Shown here one piece after another: positions 1-6,839 of a stretch of 64,000 nucleotides of DNA. This stretch comes from Candidatus Saccharimonadota bacterium. GTDB taxonomy: Bacteria > Patescibacteriota > Saccharimonadia > Saccharimonadales > Saccharimonadaceae. Position 1 is the first letter of the stretch. The number at the start of each line of letters is the position of its first letter. The position numbers and the translations under genes are program-made. A model generated the notes under the pieces. The model saw only the letters and a list, made by a program, of their open reading frames with translations. It was not told the DNA's origin and ran no database searches. The stretch spans positions 1,140-65,139 of the forward strand of contig JALDYR010000004.1 in the NCBI GenBank assembly GCA_032153715.1, given 5' to 3'.

Positions 1-278
1 TATATCCGGTACGGACGTTAGGAAATTTGAGAAGATCTACCCCTAGTACGAGAGGACCGGGGCGGACGAACCTCTGGTGTATCGATTGTGGCCACCTGCT
101 GCATTGTCGAGTAGCTATGTTCGGAATAGATAAGCGCTGAAAGCATATTAAGCGCGAAACTAACTTCAAGATAAGATTTCCCTATGAGGACACAGAAAGA
201 CTATCTGTTTGATAGGCGCAAGGTGGAAGTATGGCAACATATGGAGCTAAAGCGTACTAATAGTCCCATCGCCTTTTT
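1..278 (+). rRNA. rrl: 23S rRNA, 3'-terminal domain VI (partial; the rest lies left of the window)
   Basis: Sarcin-ricin loop AGTACGAGAGGACCGG at 45-60. Downstream segments (GATAGGCGCAAGGTGGAAG, GCGTACTAATAG) match the bacterial 23S 3' end by eye. The 3' boundary is approximate (+/-10 nt). Confidence 0.9.
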
Positions 279-472
279 ATGTCCTTGTCACCGCGCGTTA
301 ATGCTTGCATTAACAGGGGTGATGAGGTAGACTTAACTAGTAATTGGTGAATACCACCAACGTCAGTTTTTAAATAAACTTACATCCAACTACCGTGCAT
401 TTGTCTAAGGACATCGAAGCAAGGTTTTGACCCACTGATCTCTATATATCAGCACCAAGTGTCGAAAACCTT

Positions 473-585
473 ACTTCGGTGCCCATGGCGCTGGGGAAAT
501 ACCTGTTCTCATTCCGAACACAGAAGTCAAGCTCAGCAGCGGCGATTATACTGCCACAAGTGGGAAACTAGCACGGTGCCGAATT
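473..585 (+). rRNA. rrf: 5S rRNA
   Basis: Conserved core CCGAACACAGAAGTCAAGC. Terminal helix 475-483 pairs with 575-583. Length is about 113 nt and it sits about 190 nt after the 23S end. Confidence 0.9.
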
Positions 586-591
586 ATAAAA

Positions 592-620
592 AGACCATCC
601 GAACAGGATGGTCTTTTTCT
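592..620 (+). terminator. Intrinsic terminator T1 of the rRNA operon
   Basis: AGACCATCC / GGATGGTCT 9-bp stem, 5-nt loop, followed by TTTTTCTCTTTT. Confidence 0.8.
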
Positions 621-649
621 CTTTTCCGGGCACGACGAAAAGCTACCCC

Positions 650-675
650 GACTTCCGAATAGGAAGTCCTTTTTC
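650..675 (+). terminator. Second (tandem) terminator after 5S
   Basis: GACTTCC / GGAAGTC 7-bp stem, loop GAATA, followed by CTTTTTCTTT. Confidence 0.6.
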
Positions 676-719
676 TTTGGCTTAAAACCGTAAGCAGTTC
701 AGTGTATACTAGAGAGACG

Positions 720-1472
720 ATGTGTAAAATTTGTTCAATTGCGTATTCAGCGACTGGTGTAGGACTGTCACTTTCTACTGGTATTATTCCCGTTGCACAA
801 CTTGCTTCAACAACAACAACGAAAACGCAGTTTGAACAGATTGCTGAACTGAATTCTATGCCGACAGCAGTTAACGCCTTAAAGTTACCAGTTGTGAAGG
901 AGCCGGGGTGGCTAACTGAGCAGCGGGCGGTTGAAGCGGCCGCTGCTCAAGCTGCGACGACACAAAAAGCTAGTAAGCGTGTTGTAACGTATGACGTAAC
1001 TACAAAGGGTGTAGTGGCTGCGAGCCTCGCTGAATTCAAACAACAGGCTAATGCGACGCTCAATGATGCGCGAGGTTGGGCGCGCATGGGAGTGTCGTTC
1101 CAACAGGTGGCAAGCGGTGGGCAGTTTACGCTAGTGCTGAGCGAGGCGAGTCAGGTGCCGAGCTTTTCGCCAGGTGGCTGCGATGCGCAGTACAGCTGTC
1201 GGGCGGGTCGGTATGTGATTATTAACCAAGATCGCTGGGTTGGTGCGACGCCGTCATGGAATAGCGCCGGCGGGACAATGCGTGATTACCGGCATATGGT
1301 CGTTAATCACGAAACAGGTCATTGGCTTGGTCATGGACACGAGCAATGTTCAGCGACAGGTCAGCCAGCGGCAGTGATGCAGCAACAATCAATTAGCTTG
1401 CAGGGCTGTACGTTTAATCCATGGCCAACGGCGAGTGAGCTCTGGTCTACGCAATTAGGGATTACACTATGA
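720..1472 (+). CDS. Secreted zinc metallopeptidase, DUF3152-like (HExxHxxGxxH)
   Basis: C-terminal motif VVNHETGHWLGHGHEQC plus RGWARMGVSF...SC.AGRYVIIN..RW matches my recall of the actinobacterial DUF3152 family. N-terminal hydrophobic signal-like segment. The ORF opens at GTG 702, but ATG 720 was chosen. The stop overlaps the next start (ATGA). Confidence 0.7.
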   Translation: MCKICSIAYSATGVGLSLSTGIIPVAQLASTTTTKTQFEQIAELNSMPTAVNALKLPVVKEPGWLTEQRAVEAAAAQAATTQKASKRVVTYDVTTKGVVAASLAEFKQQANATLNDARGWARMGVSFQQVASGGQFTLVLSEASQVPSFSPGGCDAQYSCRAGRYVIINQDRWVGATPSWNSAGGTMRDYRHMVVNHETGHWLGHGHEQCSATGQPAAVMQQQSISLQGCTFNPWPTASELWSTQLGITL

Positions 1473-2275
1473 AACAGCTAAAGACTCTGCCTCGTTTACA
1501 TAAACTTAATCAGCCTTCCTCAAAGAGGCGCTGGCTGATTATTGGCGGCATAGGACTGCTTGTTGTTGCACTAATTGCTGCATATATCATCTTGAGTCAG
1601 CGCTATTGGGGTGGCTACCAGGCTGACGCCTCAGCGCGCGTCGATACGATTAAAGGTGCGGTTGACGCAGCTCTTAAGATGACGGGGGGTTCTGAGGCTG
1701 AGCGAGAAAAGAAACTGGCTGCGTTTGAGTCGGTTGGTGCGACACTGGGTGACACGACGATTTGCGATGTACCGATGATGTATCAATGGCAGGGGTTGCT
1801 TGACCAGCCGAAGTCGCTGACGCAAGCCTGTCGGCTGCAACAAGAGAAGCTCGCTGCGTTTCAATCACAGCTGCACGTGATGACGACACACCTGCGCGGC
1901 GAGGTGGAGCTAGCGAAGCTCCTTGCTACTCTTCCATCAGCCGATGAAGTGGACGACGTGAAGTGGGGTGAAATACACAAGCAGTGGCAGTCGGCTATGG
2001 CTGCAGTCGCCGCCGCAAAAGTCCCAGAAAGTCTCACGCCGGTGAAACAACTCGCTCAACAGAAGCTAGAGGCGGTCACTAAGTCGTGGCAGGCGCTCCT
2101 TGAGGCACATGAAGCTAAGGATCGAGCAAAATACGAGGCTGCCCTGGCTGAGTTGACGACGGCGTATGGGGCGCTCGGCGAGATATCGACGCTGAGTGAG
2201 GCAAGTCTGGCGGGACTGACAAAGCAGCTTAGTGCGAGCTATAACAGTGCGTTTATAACTAAACTGTCATCGTAA
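1469..2275 (+). CDS. Membrane-anchored alpha-helical/coiled-coil protein, function unknown
   Basis: One N-terminal TM segment (WLIIGGIGLLVVALIAAYIIL) followed by an A/E/K/L/Q-rich helical region. Overlaps the upstream gene by 4 nt. Confidence 0.6.
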   Translation: MKQLKTLPRLHKLNQPSSKRRWLIIGGIGLLVVALIAAYIILSQRYWGGYQADASARVDTIKGAVDAALKMTGGSEAEREKKLAAFESVGATLGDTTICDVPMMYQWQGLLDQPKSLTQACRLQQEKLAAFQSQLHVMTTHLRGEVELAKLLATLPSADEVDDVKWGEIHKQWQSAMAAVAAAKVPESLTPVKQLAQQKLEAVTKSWQALLEAHEAKDRAKYEAALAELTTAYGALGEISTLSEASLAGLTKQLSASYNSAFITKLSS

Positions 2276-2287
2276 AAGAGGAGGCGC

Positions 2288-4189
2288 ATGCGACTGAAGC
2301 AAACATACAATTCGATCATTCAAATGCTGCACCGGCTTCCAAAGCGTTATACCGCAATCGCTGCTGGTGTGATGGGTGTGCTCCTAATTGCAGTTGCATT
2401 ATGGCCACGAACAGTTGAATTTTCATACGGGCAGCAGACCTGTTTTCGTCAGCCAATGTTGGCGCCGGGAGCGATCAAGAGCGTTGGGTCGAAAGCGTTC
2501 ACATTAACACCTGAGGCAAAGAAAATTGGCCCTGTTTCACTTGCGGCGGCTCGCGTGTGCGCTACGGCGCTGGCGGCGCCCACGGCAGGCGATCATCGGG
2601 TGCTCCTGTCGCTGTTTGGACTGCCAATCGGCAAGGTTATTACTGTGCGGGTTGTTGCTCACCCGACTGCTTCTGTGGCGGTGCTCGACAAACCGCTGCC
2701 AGTCTCCAAGCCGCTCGAGCTTCCGTTGAGTGCGACTGACGCAGTATTTCGTTATCGGTTGGGAGTTGGCGATAAAACGCAGCAGTGCACGACAGGTGAA
2801 CAAAAAATTAGGTGTGATATCACCAAATTGAGTCTTGAGCAGGGTAAGAAGTATCAGTTAAGTATTGCTCGCTATTTTGGTGACCAAAAAGTAGCAACGA
2901 TTGCCCAAAAGGAAGTTGAGACATTGTCGGCAGTCGCCGTGACAGACCTTTCAGTCAAACGGGATGAAACGGTTTTTACTAAGCCTCGAACGCTTGATGC
3001 TACTTTAGACAAAGAAGTAATGAACGCTGCGGCAACATTAGTGAAGATTGAGGGTGACAAGAAAGAGGCGCTACCAGTTGAGGTGACGCCCGAGGGAAAG
3101 CTACTGCATCTTTCATGGGGTGAAGATTTAGTGCGCCAGGCGACATACGAATTAACGATTAGTCAGGTGGAAGCAAAAGACGGCAGCTCGCTAACTGAAC
3201 CTTACATTTTGCCATTTAAGACCTCGGGCGGCCCGAAAGTAAAAAGTGTGAGCGCAAATAAGACCGGGGTGGCGCTGGGATCAACCGTCGTTGTTACGTT
3301 CGACCAGCCACTGTCGGACAAGCAAGATATTGCCAAAGTAGTCACAACGAGTGGCGGTGCGACGCTTACGAAGCGACAGGGCAATCAAGTGTTTGTGGCG
3401 CTCGCAGGCGTGCCGCGATGTGGAGACTTCTCGATCAAGATAACCGACGAGTTGCAGAGTAATTTTGATGTTCAGGGTGGCACGGCGTGGAACTTTGCTG
3501 GTCGGACTATATGTCACACGATCCAAACAATTGGCTACTCGGCTAAAGGCCGTGCAATCAATGCGTACCTATTTGGCAGCGGGCCGATTGCAGTGGTGTA
3601 TACAGGTGCGATTCACGGCAGTGAACTAAGTACACGTTCGCTGATGCTGCGTTGGATTGACGAGCTTGAGGTGAATGCGCGTAGCATTCCTGCAGATAAA
3701 ACCGTCGTGGTGGTGCCGATGATTAATCCAGATGGCGTGGCAGCTGGCTCACGTGTGAACGCTCGTAACGTTGATTTAAACCGTAACTTTGGTACGAGTG
3801 ACTGGACGAAGGACATCACGACCGTCTCAAATGCACCGTTTGCTGGCGGTGGTGGCGAGTCGCCATTGTCCGAGCCGGAATCTCAGGCGATTGCTGGGCT
3901 AGTCGGTCGCATGCGCCCGCAGCTTGTTCTTTCATACCACAGTATTGGCGGATTATTGCAGGCAAACCAGGCGGGTCAATCAAATATCCGAGCTCAACAG
4001 TACGCGTCCATGAGTGGCTACAGTAATCAGACGGGTTCCAGTACTACTTTTGAATATGCGATTACGGGGACAGCTGATGACTATTACGCTCAACAATATG
4101 GAGTTGGCAGTATTGTCATTGAGTTAGGTAGCCATTCGTATCATCAGTTTGAACGCAATCAAAAGGCGATGTGGGCAATGTTAAAATAG
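2288..4189 (+). CDS. Membrane-anchored Ig-like repeat protein with a C-terminal M14 zinc carboxypeptidase domain
   Basis: N-terminal TM segment and beta-rich repeats. C-terminal HGSELSTRSLMLRWIDEL...NPDG...NRNF...SYHS matches the M14 (gamma-D-Glu-DAP / carboxypeptidase) signature. SD sequence AAGAGGAGG lies upstream. Confidence 0.75.
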   Translation: MRLKQTYNSIIQMLHRLPKRYTAIAAGVMGVLLIAVALWPRTVEFSYGQQTCFRQPMLAPGAIKSVGSKAFTLTPEAKKIGPVSLAAARVCATALAAPTAGDHRVLLSLFGLPIGKVITVRVVAHPTASVAVLDKPLPVSKPLELPLSATDAVFRYRLGVGDKTQQCTTGEQKIRCDITKLSLEQGKKYQLSIARYFGDQKVATIAQKEVETLSAVAVTDLSVKRDETVFTKPRTLDATLDKEVMNAAATLVKIEGDKKEALPVEVTPEGKLLHLSWGEDLVRQATYELTISQVEAKDGSSLTEPYILPFKTSGGPKVKSVSANKTGVALGSTVVVTFDQPLSDKQDIAKVVTTSGGATLTKRQGNQVFVALAGVPRCGDFSIKITDELQSNFDVQGGTAWNFAGRTICHTIQTIGYSAKGRAINAYLFGSGPIAVVYTGAIHGSELSTRSLMLRWIDELEVNARSIPADKTVVVVPMINPDGVAAGSRVNARNVDLNRNFGTSDWTKDITTVSNAPFAGGGGESPLSEPESQAIAGLVGRMRPQLVLSYHSIGGLLQANQAGQSNIRAQQYASMSGYSNQTGSSTTFEYAITGTADDYYAQQYGVGSIVIELGSHSYHQFERNQKAMWAMLK

Positions 4190-4270
4190 GCTAGCAACAA
4201 GGCTACTTGGTACCTGGGATTTACTAGTTCGACCTCAGCGCCGTCTTGACTACTTAGGTATTAAAAAAAA

Positions 4271-4305
4271 ACGACCGCTCTCGCAGAGACGGTCGTTTTT
4301 ATTTT
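4271..4305 (+). terminator. Intrinsic terminator of the 720-4189 operon
   Basis: ACGACCG-CTCT / AGAG-A-CGGTCGT stem followed by TTTTTATTTT. Preceded by an A9 run. Confidence 0.8.
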
Positions 4306-4472
4306 CGTTTGGAACTTATTTGTTTTTGATAAGTCCAAACAGGTGCCGTTGATTCGCTTTTAGATCACGCAATTGATCTACGTCGTTTGGACAAACGAAC
4401 TGTATTTATAATATAGCACGACAAGCATATATGCAAACATTTATTCACAATAAAAAAGTACTTATGTAAATG

Positions 4473-4501
4473 TTGACAAAAAGCCTATGCTATGCTATTA
4501 T
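4473..4501 (+). promoter_or_regulatory. Near-consensus sigma70-type promoter (TTGACA-17-TATTAT with TGn)
   Basis: TTGACA at 4473-4478, 17-nt spacer, TG-C-TATTAT ending at 4501. Nearly identical -10 context to the promoter at 45791. Confidence 0.7.
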
Positions 4502-4537
4502 GAATTCATACACATAGCATATGTGAGGTAAACGGAG

Positions 4538-4578
4538 GGTCCGACTACTGTAATTGGTAGCAGGACCTTTTATTTTAT
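4538..4578 (+). promoter_or_regulatory. Terminator-like hairpin plus T-tract inside the 5' leader of the KGG stress gene (possible attenuator)
   Basis: GGTCC..CTAC / GTAG..GGACC stem with a 2x2 internal loop, then TTTTATTTTA. It lies between the predicted TSS (about 4508) and the SD sequence GAGGAG (4580-4585). Confidence 0.5.
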
Positions 4579-4592
4579 AGAGGAGACCAGAG

Positions 4593-4805
4593 ATGGCAGG
4601 AACTAAAGCAGGTGGCCAAAAGGCTGCAGCAACAAACAAAGCAAAGCATGGCTCAGACTTCTACGCGAAGATTGGTGCAAAGGGTGGAAAGCTAGGTAAA
4701 ACTGGTGGTTTTGCCGCAAATCCAGAACTCGCACGTATTGCTGGCGCTAAAGGTGGCCGTATTAGCCGCCGCACAAAGAAGGCAACAACTCAGCAGGCTG
4801 AATAG
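4593..4805 (+). CDS. KGG-repeat general stress protein (YciG/GsiB-like)
   Basis: Repeated G-x-KGG units (GAKGGKLGKTGGFA, GAKGGRISRR). Small basic hydrophilic protein. Confidence 0.75.
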   Translation: MAGTKAGGQKAAATNKAKHGSDFYAKIGAKGGKLGKTGGFAANPELARIAGAKGGRISRRTKKATTQQAE

Positions 4806-4823
4806 TCTGTCATACTGACAACT

Positions 4824-4852
4824 AAAAATACCCGGAATGTCCGGGTATTTTT
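4824..4852. terminator. Bidirectional terminator between convergent genes
   Basis: AAAAATACCCGGA atg TCCGGGTATTTTT perfect palindrome flanked by an A-run and a T-run. Confidence 0.8.
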
Positions 4853-5315
4853 AGTTGGCGAGTCCGTAGCGACGTAGCTGGCAGTTGCGCGCTTCGTTCA
4901 CTTTCCATTCGTGGCCACAGCCAACGCACTGATATGACTGAGGTGCGGTTTGCAGGCCAGTCGTGTGACACTTAGGGCAGGTGCTACGGGTGTGGAGCCA
5001 ATCGCGGTAGGTGTCGAGATTAGCCTGAATAAGCTCGTCGTTGATCGGCACGTTAAACTGCACACTCAAAGTGTTACTGGCATAAGACCAGGCATCGCGT
5101 TCGATTTTAATTAGGTCAATGTCGCGGTGGTATTCTTGGTGATTGAGCAGGGCATGGCCGAGCTCATGTAGCAGGAAAGCCGCGCCATCAGGGGCTGATT
5201 CGTCAAAATAAAGTGTTTGTGTCGACGGCGACCAGCGAAAGCTATCGCTCGGCTCAAAGGTGAGCGTGGGATGGGTGCGTTTAAGCTGCGTCAGAAGCGA
5301 ATGTATCGAGGGCAT
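4851..5315 (-). CDS. HExxH metallopeptidase-like protein with a C-terminal zinc ribbon
   Basis: FLLHELGHALLNH motif plus CPKC...CVGC. The ORF track extends to 5642, but that stretch overlaps the ROK gene in another frame. Start taken at MPSIHS (ATG at 5315). Confidence 0.6.
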   Translation of the reverse strand: MPSIHSLLTQLKRTHPTLTFEPSDSFRWSPSTQTLYFDESAPDGAAFLLHELGHALLNHQEYHRDIDLIKIERDAWSYASNTLSVQFNVPINDELIQANLDTYRDWLHTRSTCPKCHTTGLQTAPQSYQCVGCGHEWKVNEARNCQLRRYGLAN

Positions 5316-6102
5316 GATAGTAGCAACCGTAAATAACAGCTTGTTCTGGGTGTTGGGCCTGCTTAAATTCTGGGCATGGAATGTGCGGTGGAAGTTTTTC
5401 ACGCAGAATACGTTCCAGCTGTGGTGCGTATTGGTCAAAATAAGTGCCAATGCTGCCGCCAAGGATAATGACGTCAGGTTGAATGATCGGGACAACTGCG
5501 AGGAAGCCGCGGCTAATGCGATCAGCGATCTGACCCCAGATTTTCTTGCTATGAATATCCCGTGCAAACATGCCGTAGGTGTCGTAAATAGCTTGGCCGC
5601 TGGCAAAGCTTTCCCATTTACGAACAAGACCGTCATATTCAACTAACGCATGGCCGCCTTCACTGTGACGAAGGCCGGGGTCGATCTTGCTATTGGTGAT
5701 GACTCCGGTGCCAATGCCAGTACTAATCGTGACGTAGAGTGACGACTCTGGTGTTGGAGATAGGACGCGTGTTTCAGCTAAGCCGGCAAGATTAGCATCG
5801 TTTTCAACGATAATCGGAACATCGCCAAGAACGCCATGAAGAGCTTTGACGACATTGAAGTTGCTCCATTTTAGATTCTCACACCAGATGGCAGTGTCGC
5901 CTTTGATAATGCCTGGCAAGGCGACCACGATCGCCTCAACCTGCTGTGTACCGTATAATTTTTTGAGTGTGGCGCGAAGTTCTGTGACGTACTCATCTTG
6001 ATTTTTTGGTGTTGGAAATTTAACCTGTTCACCAACGATCCCGTCTTCTGAAAATCCCGCTACAAGCGTCTTTGTCCCACCAGTGTCGACTGCTACTAAC
6101 AT
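5281..6102 (-). CDS. ROK-family sugar kinase (glucokinase-like), lacking the CxCGxxGC zinc motif
   Basis: N-terminal VDTGGTK phosphate-1 motif, ENDANLAGLAE, ISTGIGTG, ILGGS. The region equivalent to the ROK zinc motif reads HALVEYDGLVRKWES. Confidence 0.75.
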   Translation of the reverse strand: MLVAVDTGGTKTLVAGFSEDGIVGEQVKFPTPKNQDEYVTELRATLKKLYGTQQVEAIVVALPGIIKGDTAIWCENLKWSNFNVVKALHGVLGDVPIIVENDANLAGLAETRVLSPTPESSLYVTISTGIGTGVITNSKIDPGLRHSEGGHALVEYDGLVRKWESFASGQAIYDTYGMFARDIHSKKIWGQIADRISRGFLAVVPIIQPDVIILGGSIGTYFDQYAPQLERILREKLPPHIPCPEFKQAQHPEQAVIYGCYYHALDTFASDAA

Positions 6103-6188
6103 GACTATAGTGTAGCACAGCTGAAGCGGGGTTGTGTTTTTGCCAAAAAACCTGTATAGTAAAGAAAATTACTTATAGAGGTGACAGT

Positions 6189-6725
6189 ATGCAGTATGGC
6201 AGACGGACAAATCAGGGTGGTTCGGTGGCGTTGTTTGCTATTGTCGCGATTCTTTTAAGTGCGGCAGTAGTTGGCGGCGTGTATCTTGTTCAAAAACGGG
6301 GCTATCAAGTGCGGAGCAGTCAGCCAATTATGGAAACGGCAACTCAGCCACAGCCATCTGACGAGCAGCAGAAAGCTGACGAAGAGAAAAAACAACAAGA
6401 GCAGCAAAAGGCCGAGGCTGATAAACAGGCCGCTGAGCAAAAAGCTGCTGATGACAAGAAAAAGGCGGACGAGCAAAAGCGCGTCGAAGAAGAGAAAAAG
6501 AAAGCTGCCGCCGCGGAGCAGCAGCGCCAGCAACAGGCTCAAGCGAACAATCAAGCGCAGACTACCGTGCCACAAACGGGCATTTCACCTCAGGCGGCCG
6601 AGCACCTGCCAACAACTGGCCCTGAGGAAAATCTCATGCAAGTTGCGGCTGCTGGTATTATGCTCGCGATAGTTGTCGCTTATCTCAAATCATACCGACA
6701 TCGTTTTGGCTCACTCCTCAAGTAA
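6189..6725 (+). CDS. LPXTG-anchored low-complexity K/E/Q-rich surface protein
   Basis: N-terminal TM/signal segment (VALFAIVAILLSAAVVGGVYLV), a roughly 100-aa charged low-complexity stalk, then LPTTG plus a hydrophobic stretch plus the basic tail KSYRHRFGSLLK. ATG 6189 is preceded by GAGGTGA. Confidence 0.75.
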   Translation: MQYGRRTNQGGSVALFAIVAILLSAAVVGGVYLVQKRGYQVRSSQPIMETATQPQPSDEQQKADEEKKQQEQQKAEADKQAAEQKAADDKKKADEQKRVEEEKKKAAAAEQQRQQQAQANNQAQTTVPQTGISPQAAEHLPTTGPEENLMQVAAAGIMLAIVVAYLKSYRHRFGSLLK

Positions 6726-6741
6726 CGCTTGACCACTAGAG

Positions 6742-6770
6742 TGGACATATATTTTCACTAGTGTTACAAT
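6742..6770 (+). promoter_or_regulatory. Promoter of rpsA (TGGACA-17-TACAAT, extended -10 TG)
   Basis: TGGACA at 6742-6747, 17-nt spacer ending in TGT, TACAAT at 6765-6770. Confidence 0.55.
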
Positions 6771-6839
6771 GGTACCAATCTAGGAGTACTTTAATGTGCT
6801 CACGGAAATACAATTTAAGGAAGGAGTCTGAAAAGACTT

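Noticed and set aside
459-662. 67-aa ORF from the track
   Set aside because: It lies entirely over the 5S rRNA gene and its terminator. The sequence is clearly 5S.
5316-5642. N-terminal extension of the HExxH protein (track start 5642)
   Set aside because: The extension overlaps the well-supported ROK kinase in another frame and has no domain content. The first plausible start is ATG 5315.
6255-6672. ORFs 6255..6575 (-) and 6271..6672 (+) overlapping the LPXTG gene
   Set aside because: They are artefacts of the GAA/AAG/CAG low-complexity repeats. Only the 6189..6725 frame has a signal sequence and a sorting signal.
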